Below are positions 1-14,219 of a DNA stretch of 64,000 nucleotides, piece after piece. The first letter of the stretch is position 1; each line of letters opens with the position of its first letter. A program made the position numbers and the translations under genes. The notes under the pieces were generated by a model. That model had not been told where the DNA came from. It worked only from the letters and a program-made list of their open reading frames with translations, and searched no databases. Source of the stretch: Camelus dromedarius (Eukaryota); the NCBI RefSeq assembly GCF_036321535.1, contig NC_087437.1:4154001-4218000 (forward strand), in the 5' to 3' direction.

Positions 1-100
1 TATTTGTTTATTTATTTATTTTAATGGAGGTACTGAGGATTGAACCTCAAACTTTGTGCTTGCTAGACAAGCATTCTATCACTGAGCAATACCCTCCCCC
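1..100 (-). mobile_element. tRNA-derived SINE (Vic-1-like)
   Basis: Reverse complement gives a GGGGAGGGTAT..CTCAGT..GGTTCAATC head and an A-rich tail. Confidence 0.85.
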
Positions 101-179
101 AACCAGGGACATTTCTATTAGCCTTACCACCTCCCTCGCCATCACCCTCATCTATTGAGCACATATTGTACCTGGCATT

Positions 180-256
180 TACATGGAGGTACTGGGAATT
201 GAACCCAGGACCTCGTGCATGCCAAGCACGCAGCTCCACCATGGAGCTATTGCCCT
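180..256 (-). mobile_element. tRNA-derived SINE (Vic-1-like)
   Basis: ggaggtactgggaattgaacccaggacctcgtgcatg, the reverse complement of the B-box region. Confidence 0.85.
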
Positions 257-2274
257 GGCATTTTATACGTGGCATTTTATACGGGCCGCCTGCTTATTTT
301 TTCTCGCACATCCCTGTGAGGTAGGTAGGTATCACCGCTCCTTGTGATGGGTGAGAAAAGACTCAGAAAGGTGAAGCAAACATCCAAGCTAGTCTCTAAG
401 TTCAACCTAGACCCAATCCAGAGGAAAGCTGAGCCACTTCCGACTTTAAATAACCACGACAATGAAACACAACAAAACAGTCAGTATGGGAGAAAAGAGA
501 CTTTGGCCAACACTCTGTCACTCTGGACAAGTCTTACAGTCATGACACTTACACAAGTAGATGCTATAGAAAGTCTCCTCTTCGTGTTTATTTCTTGGGA
601 CAGTAAGAGGGGTGATTTGGGGGTTACAAACACACCCTCATTAGTCTGGACCACTTTTACGTATTTGCAGGTGGTACACCTGGCAATCACATATTTTCCC
701 GAAGGCATTCCAGGAACAGTAGATGTTTCCTGAGCAGGAAGATATTTTTAGTCATTTTCACTACCATTATATTAGGAGGACTCCGTAGTATACTGTGTAT
801 ACGATGAATCAACAATGCACCAACTTTTGTTCACGCATCTTGTAACCTGCCTGTTACTTGGTAACTGTCCATGCAAATAAATAAACAAATAATTTCTTTA
901 TAAACATTCCAAAGATTCAAACTTTTCTGGAATTCGGACGATCTAAAGGGAAGATGAAAAGTGGAAATTGCCTGTATATTATATTTAACAATAGCCTTTT
1001 TTGAGAATTGTTTCACGAGAGGATTTATGAAAAGGAAGTTATATTACTAAAAAAAAAAAGTTAATTCTCCAATGAGTGATCACCATAAAGAATTTACATG
1101 CATTTTAAAATTGGGTTTCTCAGGGCACAGCATCCAAAACACATGTACTTTTGAGTGGAAGGCAAGCTTTCTCTTCAGGTTTTCCTCTGCACTTCTAATA
1201 TTTTGGAATCAAATGAAGGAGGAGAGAGAAAGCTGATGACTTCTTTCATAAGGGAAAGCTTTTAAGGCCATCCATGTATTTTAAAACACTTCATTTAGAC
1301 AATACCATGCTGGAAAATTTTTACATTAAACATAGTACTTGTCAAATAGCTCCTTTGGAAAAGCAAAGTGACTGCTGATTCTGTAACTGTAGAAATTCTT
1401 AACAAAAGCCATCTAATAGCCTTCCTATAAGTCATGCTTTTCATCTCAGATATTCCTAATTGACATCCTATAGGACTCCCCTATAGGAACTTTTCCCCCA
1501 ACTGGCAAAGATCATCTTAAAATATCTCCATAGAGTAGACTTTTAAAAAGAGGACTGAGAACTCTATATCACAAAAGGACACAGACGAAGTCACTTTCCG
1601 TGCCAATATTTTTTCATCCCCCGCCTGCCTCCTCCCCTCCTCAAAATATCTGGACACTTGACATCAAGCCAGGTAGCTGAGGTTCTCACTCACTGCAGAA
1701 TGTGACTGGGCATTCATAAAAGGGTGTATTTTTTTCTGCCTTCCCCCTTCCCTTCAGCCAACAATAAAACTCCAATCGCCTTTAATGAATCTGGGTGACT
1801 GCAGGAGCAAAAGTACAAGGCAGGGTCTGTACTGGCTTGGGAGGGACTCTTCCTGACCCGGGCTGGTTAACCTCAGTCATCCGCTCCCTGTGCCGTCCTG
1901 GGTGCCTGCCACACTCCAAGCCCTGGGCTGGGCGTGGGGACACAGGGTTTAGGGAGGCACCTCTCAGCCTCCGGAGCGCTCGGATGTGCGGTGGGGGACG
2001 CGGAGCCGGGAGCAGAGGGTGACAACAGAGTGCTGTAGGCGCTCCAAGAGGACGATGCGGGAAACTCAAAGAAGGCGGGGTGAGGGCAGCTCACTCTGCC
2101 GGGAGGAGGGGAAAACCAGAACTCGGCGATTCTGAGCTCTTAACATCCCTTCTCTCCACCGCGGTCCTGGCGCAGCCCCCTCTATGCCGCGCGCCCCTCC
2201 CGTGCAGCCAAGGAGCAGTTGCAAACCTGGTTCTGGCTCTGGCCGGCTCGGCGGACTTGAGCTCCAGGACTTAC

Positions 2275-2460
2275 CTCGAGGAAACGTCCACACGGCCCCC
2301 GACCCCGCTCTTCCCAAGCCCTGGCCGGGCCTCCTCGCCCGCGCGGAGCAGAGCGCACCGCCTCGCCTGGAGCGCAGCGCCGGCAGCGCCGGGCGCGTCG
2401 ACCGCGGAGACCGTGGGGACCTCGGGGACCGTGGCCTCCCGTGTCTCGCAGGCGGGCAGC
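2275..2460 (-). other. COL6A6: Probable non-coding first exon (5' UTR) of COL6A6; TSS approximate
   Basis: Consensus donor GAG|gtaagt with the intron starting at 2274. No minus-strand ATG in the interval, and TATA and GC boxes lie just upstream. Gene identity rests on synteny only. Confidence 0.65.
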
Positions 2461-2483
2461 AGCTCCTGCGCCCCTCCTCGCCG

Positions 2484-2528
2484 CTATATAAACGCTTCTC
2501 CCCGCCCCGGCCGACCCTTCCCCGCCCC
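2484..2528 (-). promoter_or_regulatory. TATA-like element and two Sp/KLF GC boxes
   Basis: TATATAAA at 2485-2492 (plus strand) is an isolated AT-only run in GC-rich sequence. GGGGCGGGG on the minus strand at 2500-2508 and 2520-2528. Confidence 0.7.
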
Positions 2529-3029
2529 GGCGGCCCCGGCCCAGCTCACGTCCCCTGGGAGGGGGGCGCAGCCACAGAGAAGCGACAGAAGAGGGAGTTG
2601 GGGGCTACGGGGGCTGTAACTGCCCCGCCGGCTTCTTCCCTCCGTGGAACCCCTACCCTCAGCTCCGGATCAGGGGGAGGAAGCTGACGGCGGGGAAACT
2701 GGGGCGTTCGGGGTGCTTGTGATGCGCGCCCTCTGCGCCCAACAGACGGGCAGGGCGCGCGCTCCTAGGCGGCGGGAAGATTGCAGTTCTGCTCCAACTA
2801 GAACTGCTGTCGCTCGGAGGCTTTGTCCGTGTTCTCGGACCTTCTTGCAAGGGGGCCGGAGAGTCTGCGGGTGGAGGATGGGTACTGCTCCTTCTTGCCT
2901 GTGAATGGAGACCAGCCACTGCGCGCCCCGTAATGGAGGTCAAGCGCCAGCGGGGTCCCCACTTGGAATTCAGGGTCCAGAGGAAAGTATTCTTGACCCT
3001 CTCGTCTACTGATCTTTTCTCGCTGACTG

Positions 3030-3400
3030 TCCATTCATTTGTCTATCCATTTATTCATTTTACAAATATTTGAGCACCTAGTTTGTACTACTCTTAGGTG
3101 CTTGGGCTGCAAAACCAAGTCGGGCTCTTACTGGGGAGGCAGAAATGGAAACAGGAAACAGTGGTAATTGCTGGATGGAGTAAGCGGGGCGGTGGGAACA
3201 CCGAAGGGGTCCTAATTCAACCTTGGAAGGGCAAAAGAAGCTTCCCCAAGGAAATTAAGTTCAAACCGAAATCTAAAGAGTGGCACAGGCAGAGAAACGG
3301 AGAAGAGGGTCCCAGACTAACAGAACAGCAGATACAAAGCCTAGGAAGACAGAGGGAGCCCTGCCCTCTTCGCAGGAACTAAGAGTGGTTTTAGACATTT
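3030..3400 (-). mobile_element. L2 3' fragment
   Basis: cattcatt...aaatatttgagcacct, the typical reverse-complemented L2 tail. Confidence 0.65.
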
Positions 3401-5384
3401 GCTACTTATTGCCATCCTAAGTAAAGAAAAAAAATTTAAAATCTAAAGAAGGCAAATTCATCAGGGGCAGAATTGTGACTGAATGCAGGTTAGCCTTACC
3501 CAGGAGGGTCCTTTTATAGCCAGAAGTGTCACCCTGGCAAATGACACATTCAAAACAGAGGTGGTTCCCACAGAATGGGGATTCCTTTGGAATCTGGGAC
3601 ATAACTTTCCATCCCGGTTAGACCTTCACCAACTGTAACTGTGGCCAGGTCATTCATTTCAGTTTCTTCCCCAGTGGAAGGTAAATAATAAAGATACTTT
3701 CTCAGGCCTTTCATTGAGTGTCCTGGATCATGAGACTTCATGATCTGGTCATAGACTTGGCAGGACAGCACCAAGACAGGTGACTTCAAAATGGTGACTC
3801 TTCTGTGTGTCCCCTGGTTTTGGTGTGAGGCAGACTGGGATAACGCTGGAACATACACACATCCACACACGTCCAAGCAAACATTGGAACATGTCAAATT
3901 ATTACTGCCTTTGCCTAAAATGACTAACCTTAAGTAATTGACTTTTCATATTCTCACGTAGTATCAATATTATTAAAAATCCACTTCAAATCACAAGTAT
4001 ACTTTCCTCACTGCAGGGTCATTATTGAAAAAGGCAGATGTGATTTCTGCTAGCAGGGTTTTTAGCCAATTGCCCGTTCACCTGAAGCTAGCTGTAAAAG
4101 TGGACTGACCATGCATACAAGCAACGCCCATGTTATCAGAGCCGTGCAGGAAGCACCAATCGAATGGAATCGCTTCCGGGTCCATAAGCTCAGACCCCGG
4201 GCCCAGCCACAACCACGGATCATGTCAGTCCAGTAATGTGAGGACTTGATAGCACGGCCTTAACAACAAGCCAGGTCCCCCTAGTGTGTTGTTTCGGGGT
4301 ATCTCAAAACACTCTCTCATGTCCCAGACCTTTTGATGTCCAAACCAATTTTCACAACTGGTTCAAACTTTGACCAGCACCCAGAGAATAAGGTTTCCCT
4401 TCACCTAGACAAGAGCAAAAAGGCAGAGAAAGGAAAAAGGTCATTGGACCTTGTAAACGCGGGTGGTTGCCTAAAATGACCTGTCTTTCCCATTGTGCAA
4501 CCCTTGATGTCTGAACCAGAGAAATGATGGGCAAGTAGCCAGTGTCCTTTGCTGTATTTCCAGAGCTTTTTTTCAGGAATGTCTGTAACTGAAGTGGAAG
4601 TGTGGGCAGCACATGTGCTTGAGGGAGTTTTTGGAGCCCATGACAGCCTCATCCAACTGGTCACAAATTTTGTTAGAAAACACGAACAACCCTTAACCTA
4701 AACCATACACATGAGTGATCTACCATGACACTGCCGGGGCTCTGGGAGCCTTGTCCATTCATAGCTCAGCCTTGGGGAGAAAGTCAACGACTTGCCCTTT
4801 AGCCTGGGGAGATCCATGCTGGCTTCTCGAACGTCTCCAGAACTCAAGCCAGCTAGACGTTCACAGCTCAAGCTCTCAGGCTCCTCCAGTTGTCTTCTAC
4901 CTGATCTTCCAGAGTCCTGTCTTCTCTTTTCCTCCTCCACCCCACCCGACTCCTGCCAGTTCGTCTTTCATTCTTCTGACAGAGGGATCTGTCTAAACCA
5001 CACATCTGATCAATCACTGTGTTGACTTAATATCATAAAGGGCTCCCTCTGCCTTCCGAGCAGAACCCAAACTCAAAGCCCTTTATCCCTCTGCCTAGTC
5101 TTCCTTCTTGCCTCTAATCCTGCCCACCCTGCACAGTCCCACCACTAACTGTGAGCTTCAGTGCCTAGAAATGACTCGCATGGCTTGATTTCATGCTGCT
5201 GTTGTGTTTCCTTGTGATTGTCAAGGCTGTCTCCTCTGCATTTATTTATTAATTCACTTGGCAAAATACATATTGAATACTTACTACGGACCAGGTGCTG
5301 TGAAGGACTGGGGTCATTTTTATAATCATAATCTATATATTTTTTCACCATAAATTAATCCAGGCATCTTGTTTGTTTTACTAG

Positions 5385-5981
5385 CATTACTGAATTGGTT
5401 GTCCGGATCCACCTTGTCTTGGCTAGGGAGGTTCTTTCTCCAGTCAGATTCATACAGCCAATAACGAAACCAATGCTGAGACTAGAACAGCACGAGCTTC
5501 ATTCAATGGCCAAAGAATGGAGAAGGGAGAACCTAGCAAATCAGCTTCTCAACCCAATTCAGGCTGAGACCTCAAATATAAGGAAGGTTGAGGTAAAACA
5601 AGGGAACTGGAAAAAGTGAGAGGAATACTCATGAGTTATCCAAGAACAGGGGTGTGGTTTGGACCCAGAACTGATGCAACTCTCCTTTTCAGTCCTTGCA
5701 TGGGCTTTTCTGGTTGTCATGGCAGTCGTCAACTGTCATGGCGCCTGTGGGTGTGTCATTTAGCAGCTAATGTATTACGATGAGCATGTAATGAGGCTCA
5801 AGGTCTGCTGGAAGTCAAAGCCTCTGCCATCTTGGGCTTAGTTGGTCCTAACTGGTTCTTTTTTTTTTTTTTTTTTTCTCTCTTTGCAGCTTCCTCCTAA
5901 AACTTAGATATGAGTAATTGGTTTCCATTTCAGGGCAGGGCAGGGCAGGGGTGTGATTCTGGGGCAACAGCCTCAGTCACA
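5385..5981 (-). mobile_element. MER41-like ERV1 solo LTR with 4-bp TSD CTAG
   Basis: aactgtcatggcgcctgtgggtgtgtcatttagca...gccatcttgg resembles the MER41 core as recalled. CTAG at 5381-5384 and 5982-5985; imperfect inverted ends. Confidence 0.75.
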
Positions 5982-5989
5982 CTAGGGTC

Positions 5990-7520
5990 TATTTGTTTAT
6001 CAAACATGTTTTAAATACCTACTATGTGATAGATACCGTATGAGACACCAGGATGCAATCAGCCATAGTCTCCACACTTAGGACCTCAAAGCCTAGTATT
6101 GGAGATGGGTAAGTAAGCTAATTATTAATGTGACAGGAGTCTGTATGCACTGGGCACTACAGGAGGAATCCTGGAAAGAGGGTGATACTTGGGATAGACA
6201 TTGGACCTGGGGTTGAGTGAGGAAGGCTGAGAGAGGGAAGGAACAGTAAGGCAGAGGGAACAGCATGGTAAAAGCATGGAAGTCAACAGTGGCTGGGCAG
6301 GAGGGGCATGTTATGAAGTGAGGATGAAGAAGCGGGTGGAGTAGGGGATGGACTGGATGTGACTGAGCGAGAGAGGAGCCTAGGATAACTATGTGGGGCC
6401 AATGCCGTTTACAGAGATAGTGAACACAGGAGGAGGAGCAAGGGGAGGCTTGAGGAGGCTGGGGTGGTGGTGGGAGAAAATAATCCTTTGATATTTTGAG
6501 TTTGAGATGCCTGGGAGGTGTGCAAATGGTGATGCTCAGTAGCCAGATGGATACATATAAGTCTGGAGCTTAGAGGTGAGGCCTCAAAGGAGACCTCAGA
6601 TTTGGGTTTATCATAAAATTGGTATTGGAGCCACAGGAGAGTAGGAGGTGATATATGGACATCATTTATTGAACAAAGATCCATTGAACACCTGCGATGT
6701 GGGAGGCATGGTTCTAGGCCCTAAGGATGCAGCAGGGAACAAAACAAACAAGGTTTCTGCTGTCCTGGTGTGTGAGGAAAGAACACTATTGGATGGCAGG
6801 GGAAGAGGACAATTTTAATTAAGGAAGAAGGCAACTTTGGACACAGTCTTGAATGAAGATGAGAAGTAAGTCCTGGGCAACATGTGAAGGAAGAGTGTTC
6901 CACACAGAAGGAATAGTCAGTGCAAATGTCCTGGGGCCAGAGTATGACTGGTGCATTTGAGCAAAGGGAAGGAACCCAGTGTGGCTGAAGTAGGGTGAGT
7001 AAAGCGGGGAGTAGGAGGATGATGTCAGAAGGGTCCTGAGAAGGAAGTGAGTTCACGGGGAGCCCCTGAGGGTTTTGAGCAGAGGAGTGACTTGGTGTAA
7101 TTCCTGGTTATAAAGGATAGCAGACTGGAAGGGGACAGGGAGTGGGAGCAGAGTTCTGGGAAATAGCTGGCACTAGGGATGAGCAGAAGAAAAGTTTGTT
7201 CAGGGCAGTGGGAATGTTGCTGAAGAGTCAGACCCAGGTGATCTGAAAGATGTTAAGATCTTAAGACTCTTCAGGACAAGAGGACTTGTGGACTATTGGC
7301 CAGCGAGGCAGGAGGGGGCTGGGGGTGGGGAGCCCTCTCTCAAACGCAGGAAGGATAAGGCTTGGGGAGCATCTCTGGGATCACAGGGAGCCTTGTGACC
7401 GCTGTCACAGCAATGGGGATGGGGTGGGAGCCAGAACTCGGTGGCCCATAGCGTGAATGGGGAATGAAGGGGTTACAGGGGGGTGGAGTGTTTCAAGAAA
7501 TTTGGCTGAGAAAGAAGAGT
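5990..7520 (-). mobile_element. Degraded, nested L2 fragments
   Basis: Purine-rich L2 motifs such as ggatacatataagtctggagcttagagg and ttttgagcagaggagtgac. Confidence 0.65.
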
Positions 7521-9574
7521 TAGGGTAGCACCTTCACCAAGGCCTGGCAAAGTTCCTCTTATTAATGGCAGTGTGGCTTTTCTCTCCTGGAGACAAGTGG
7601 AGGAGCTTGTAGACCATCAAGTACACCAGGAATGGAACCACATTCCAGGAGTTCTGAGTCCACACTTTTCAAGGTTGGCTTATCTTTTTTTCTTTATTTT
7701 TTCCACAGGAAATCTAAGAGTAAGGACACACTAAACTCGTTTATGGCTAACAGGAAATCAGGTGCAATCTAGGACCATCTCCAATTGTACCTCAGCGATT
7801 CTAAAGCAGGACAGTAAAACCCCCAGGAGGGTAGGTGAATTTAGGCCTGTCGTCATTGACGATTAACTCCTGTCCCCCAGCCATCCTGATTCTCAGACAA
7901 GGGCAGGCTGAGGTTCTCAGGGTAGGGATGTGAGGGAGGGAGAAGCCAGTTAGAAAATGACCGTTTCGTGGTCACTGGGGAACTTTCTCGTTACACGGTC
8001 AGCTGCAAACAGTATAAACGTCACTATGTTTACTTTTGTGCCCTCTGAGCCACGTAGAATGTCTAGAAACATTGGTTTTCCTTAACCCGGCAACAGTGCA
8101 ACCCTAAATTTTATGCAACTGATTTTCAGACCCCATTTTCCATTCTGACTGGTATGATTACTTATTTAGGGCATGTGTTGAACCAGTCAAAGAGACAGAT
8201 TTTCTTCTAAGTCTGGAGGTTTTAAATCAGCTGTGAAGGCAGAGGAGCGGAAGTCTTTCCCCTCATTCAGTCAAATAAATGCTGAGAAGCTGGAGGCATT
8301 CAGCCAGATTCTCTCCTGGTGTGATTTACAACTCTGGTATAATTCTACGAGAGGTCAATTCACTCTTCCAGGCCATTAGGGTAGAAATAGGATTCAGCAG
8401 AAGTTTTCTAAATCCTCTTCCCAAGACTGAATGGTCTGCACTTCGTCTTTAAAGGAACAGAAAACAAAACCCACGAGGTGGTAAAATTTTCTCTCATCTT
8501 CCACAAGAAAATCCGCCAGCTCATGTAATCAAGCCTGACCATAAATTCTCCAGGCAAGGGAGGAGCAGCTGGGCTCTGTGAACCTGACCACTGACCCCGG
8601 GATTTATCTTGTTTGTGGCAACTTTCCCTCATAGACGTTGCTATCACTGCCAAGTACCTCACCTTAACCCTCTGGCCCAGCAGGAGGGCTGAATTACCTT
8701 CTGGACCACATTCAAGAAAGGCCAAGGCAGCCCTACAGGACTGTGTGAGGACTCAGAAGGAGAACCGAGAAATAATGATGCCAACACCATCAACAAGTAG
8801 CCAGCTCTGTGAGGTGGGGGTCATCGACAGACGAGGGGACAGGCATGGAGAGGTGAGGGTGCTGCCCACGCCTGTCTGTGCCACTGCTGATTGTTGAAGC
8901 CAAGGTCGCAGCTGCAGAAACTCACCAGGACGTGAACTTGGGAGCAGTGCACAACAGCCAAGCACGGGTGGTCATGGCCATCTCTCTCACGCTTTGTGCC
9001 TGCAATTCTAGTAAACACTGTGGCGCTGCCTCCTCTGTGGGGGTGGTGGGGTTGGGGGTGGCTGGAGATGTCCTGTTTGCCCTCTGACTTCCACTCCAAA
9101 GCAGACTCCTGAGAAGTTTAGGAGGCGGTCCTGGGAAACACTGCTCAGGGAGTGAGACAGGAGAGAGAAGGCCACCAGTGAAGGGAGTGTTACTAGCAAG
9201 TGACCACTCCCCCGGACAATGGAGCTCAGTCCTCCTGGAGAACCATGGGAAGGAGTGCAGAACACGCCTCAGTATTTACACGCCGGATCCCTGTGTGTGA
9301 CTACTGGCTGAGAGATGGTCTCAGATGGGTTAAATCTCTGGCGTTTCTGGTCACTTCTGGGGACCAGGCTGAGCAGTCTTCAGCATATAGGACTGAGCTG
9401 GGGGTAGGGCTGGAAGCACTGACAACACCTGCTGGAGAGACCTTTCCAGGCTGGGTGCTGGGGTCAGCACGCGAGCTCCTGGAAGAGTGGACAGTAACCC
9501 TAGCCAAGAAAAGGAAGACATGGCCGAGGCGCAGATACCCCTGCAAACAGAAGGAAGCTCCTTGGGAGGCCACA

Positions 9575-9652
9575 TGCTGGTGGTAGAGCGCATGCTTAGC
9601 ACGCACAAGGTCCTGAGTCCAATCCCCAGTTTTTGCATTAAAAAAATAAATT
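9575..9652 (+). mobile_element. tRNA-derived SINE (Vic-1-like)
   Basis: tggtagagcgcatgcttagcacgcacaaggtcctgagtccaatccccag followed by an A tail. Confidence 0.85.
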
Positions 9653-10230
<578 letters not shown>

Positions 10231-11389
10231 TCAGCAGTAATTCACTTTTTTCAAAATTAGATGAATCATCCCATTTTCCCTTGTTATTCCTACAAAAAAA
10301 AAAAAGCATTTTATCCTCCAGGATCTTACAGGATTTCTTCAGGTCTTCAATGTTGTTCCCCGTATCTCATTGATCCCTGTAGTCATGCTATCTCTCAATT
10401 GCCATCAGCAAGAACCACTGTGCTGGTAATAACTGTTTCTCTCATCTTTGTCATTTTAAGCCTTAATCTGTCCAATTCTCTCTCTCTCTTTTTTTTTTCT
10501 AAGTCTCCTTTCTCTTAAACTCACAGAGTTTGTTTTATATTCATCAATCATTTTGTCACCCATACCAGCCCCTGACAGGTAAAGGATCCTTGCCTTGATT
10601 GATCTCTGTTTGCTTCAGAAGCACCTGGTACTGGGCAGAGATGTCAACCGCCCTGAGCCTGCTGTGACTTGACCCCGGGAATGAGCCGCCTGTGAGGATG
10701 AGACCTGGAGGTATTTGAAATCATCCTTCAAGATGTTTAATAATTTAGATTACTTTCTATTTTTTAATTGAAAATATAATTTAACATATTTCATAGGTTT
10801 TTATTTCAAGATTATAGTCAAAATAAAAAAATCTCAATAAAAAAAAAAGCTAGTTAAGATAACTTTCCTTTATCTGACAAGAATTGCTCAGTTATATCTA
10901 AAGTAACTTAATATTTTGCCTAAGTGTCCACCTCAATGTACACATTTTTCCCAACTGGAAATTATATAAAAGTCTCACAAAAGATTTCAACTCAGAAGCT
11001 GAGTGTCTCCATATGCGTGGATTTTCTTTTCACAAGGGGTGGATTTATCCATCAGTGTGCGTTTTTCCAATGCTTTTCATTTTTGAAATGAGAACATCAA
11101 TCCTTTATTATGTTTAAATTTTATGACAAGATTCTGAGGTCCTAGAGTTTGTGAGGACATCTCTTAGTAAGATACGTGGTCTGTTTGGAGGTAAGTTTAC
11201 TGCAGCTGAGGTTTTCATCCTTTTGGTAATAGTGGCCTCTTCATGTGGCACCAGAGGCTGCAGGTGAGCAGCCCTGCTCCCCCATGCTGCCTGCATGGCC
11301 CAACGGAATTGGGGGGGGGCGGTCCATGTAGCCCACCCAGGGAACTCCCCTTGAGTGCTAAACTCAGGTGCCCAAAGGGGCCTGCATTT

Positions 11390-13970
11390 GGCCCCATAGG
11401 TCTGAAACAACTGAAGGGACAGTTTGAGAGAAAACCAAGAACTAGGACAAGGTTAAATGATAAAGCTCGTCTCCTACACAAGGCCACTCCTTTAAAACAT
11501 GGAGAGATAGACATTTTACATAATACACAGAAACAAATTCAGAGAATCAAGCAAAATGAGGAAACAAAGAAATATATTCCTAAAGAAGAAACAGGATGAA
11601 ACCCCAGGGGGGAAAAAATCCTTAATGAAACAAAGATAAGTAATTTATCTGAAAATGAATTCCAAATGGTGATAAAGATGTTCACCTGACTTGGAAGAAG
11701 GATGAAAGAACACAGTGAGAACTTCAAGAAAGAGACAGAAAATAAAAGAAAGTAGCAAACAAGTCACAGAACTGAAGATATAATAACTGAACTGAAAAAT
11801 AGACCAGAAGGACTCAACCTCTGACTAGGTGAAGCAGAAGAATGGATCAGCACCCTGAAATACAGGGTAGTGAAAATCACCCAAATAGAACAGCAAAAAA
11901 AAAAAAAAAAAGACTTAAAAAAAATTATGACAGCTTATAGGACCTGTGGGGCGACATCAAGTGTTCTAAATTGCATTATAGGGGTCCTAGAAGGGGAAGA
12001 GAAAAAGAAAGGGGCAGAACATGTATTTGAAGAAGTAATGCTGAAAGTATCCTAACCTGGGAGACGGAAACACAACCAGGTCCAGGAAACACAAGAGTCT
12101 CAAACAAGATAAACCTCAAGAGATCCACACCAAGACACATTATAATTAAAATGTCAAAAGTTAATGATAAAGAGAGAATATTAAAAGAACCATGAAAAAA
12201 GAACTAGTTACATACAAAGGAACCCCCATAAGACTATCAGCTGAGTTTTCAGCAGAAATTTTCCAGGCTGAAAGGGAGTGGCATGATATATTTAAAATAT
12301 TGAAAGAAAAGAATTTCCAACCAAAAATACTCTACCTGGCAAAGTTATCACTCAGAATTGAAGGAGAGAGAGAGTTTTCCAGACAAGCAAAAGCTAAAGG
12401 TGTTTATTACCACTAAGCTGGCCTTATGAGAAATGTTAAAGGGACTTCTTCAAACTGAAAAGAAAAGGTCCTAAATAGAAATAAGAAAAGATGAAAGAAA
12501 AAACTCACTCGTATAGGCAAATATACAGTAAAGGCAAGGGATCAATCACTTATAAAGCTAGCATGGAAGTTAAAAGACAAAGGTAGTAAAGTTAACTGCA
12601 ACTACAATAATTAGTTAAGGAAAACATAATATAAAAACATACAAAATTTGACATCAAAACCATAAAATATGGGAAGAGGGAGCAAAAATGTAGCGCTTTT
12701 AGAATGCATTTGAACTTAAGTGACTATCAACTTAAAATAGATTGTTATATATCTAGGCTGTTAAATGTGAAACTCATAGTAACCACAAAGCAAAAACCTA
12801 TAATAGATACATAAAAATATATGAGAAAGGAATTTAAACATAATACTAAAGAAAGCCACCAAATCCACAAGGGAAGAGGAAAAAAAAAAAGAAACAAAGA
12901 ACTAGAAAAACAACCAGAAAACAATTAACAAAATGGCAATTAAGTATGTACTTACCGATGATTACTTTAAATGTAAATGAACTAAATTCTCCAATCAAAA
13001 CACATAGGGTGGCTGAATGAATAAAAAATCAAGAGTCATCAATATGTTGCCTACAAGAGACTCACCTCAGATCTAAAAACATATGCAGGCTGAAAGTGAA
13101 GTGATGGAAAAATATATTCCATGCAAAAGGAAAAAAAAAAAAAAGAAAAAGAAAGCTGGGGTAGCAATACTTATATCAGACAAAATAGACTTTGAAAGAA
13201 AGACTGTAACAAAAGACAAAGAAGAGCATTACACATGATAAACAAGTCAATCCAACAAGAGGATATAACATTTGTAAATATTTATGCACCCAACAGAAGA
13301 GAAAAAAAAGTATATAAAGCAAATATTAACAGAACTAAATGGAGAAATTGACAATGCAATGATAGTACAGGACTTTAATACTTGAATTACATCAATGCAT
13401 AGATCATCCAGACTAAAAATTAATGAGGAAATGTTGACCTTAAATGACACATTAGACCAGATAGACTTAATAGATAGCTACAAAACATTCCATCCGAAAG
13501 AAGCAATGTATATATTCATCTCAAGCGTACACAGAACATTCTTCAGGATAGATCAAATGTTAGGTGACAAAACAAATCTTACGGACTTTAAGGAGACTGA
13601 AATCTTATCAAGGACCTTTTCCAACTACAATGGTATGAAACTAGAAATCAGTTATAAGGGTAAAACTGCAAAAATTAAAAGCATGGGGGACTAAACAATA
13701 TGCTACTAAACAGCTAATAAAGAAATAAAGGGGAAATCAAAAAATACCTCAAGATAGTGAAAATGGAAACACGGCATTCCAAAATGTGTGGAATGCAGCA
13801 AAAGTGGTTCTAAAAGGGAGGTTTATAGCAGTATCTCAAGAAACAAAAAAAAATTTCAAATAAAGAATCTAAATTCATATCTAAAGGACTCAGAAAAAGA
13901 AGAACAAATAAAGTCCAAAGTTGTAGAAGGAAAGGTAAAAATCAGAGTGGAAATAAAGGAAATAGAAACT

Positions 13971-14001
<31 letters not shown>

Positions 14002-14218
14002 TATGAAACTAAGAGCTGGTTCTTAGGTAAACAAACTTCACAAATTATTAGTCAGACTCATCAAGGAATTGAGGCCCAAATACATAAAATTAGAAACAAA
14101 AGACAAGTTACAACTGATACACAGAAATACAAAGAATCATAAGAGACTATTATGAACAATTATATGCCAACAAACTGGGCAACCTAGAAGAAATAGGTAA
14201 ATTCCTAGAAGCACACAG
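11390..14218 (+). mobile_element. Degraded L1: ORF1 and ORF2 endonuclease region, 3'-truncated
   Basis: Peptides VTYKGTPIRLSAEFS (ORF1) and TLDQIDLIDSYKTFHP (ORF2 EN), with many stops and frameshifts. Confidence 0.92.
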
Positions 14219-14219
14219 T

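Larger units (their letters stand above)
1930..2960. promoter_or_regulatory. CpG island, probable COL6A6 promoter
   Basis: About 1 kb that is very GC- and CpG-rich, unlike its flanks. It lies about 24 kb past the COL6A5 3' end, and COL6A6 follows COL6A5 in tandem in mammals. Confidence 0.85.

Noticed and set aside
344..733. 129-aa and 75-aa ORFs in the presumed COL6A6 intron 1
   Set aside because: The longer ORF starts in MIR-like sequence; neither has a signal peptide or VWA features.
1782..3034. Overlapping 70-180 aa ORFs in the CpG island
   Set aside because: Expected from stop-codon scarcity at high GC; low-complexity Pro/Arg/Gly/Ala peptides with no recognisable domain.
4352..4664. QTFLKK peptide reminiscent of a collagen VI VWA C-terminal helix
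   Set aside because: Only six residues match, there is no VWA context or consistent frame, and the position does not fit the gene order.
11390..14218. Active L1
   Set aside because: Many stops and frameshifts, and the RT domain and 3' end are missing.
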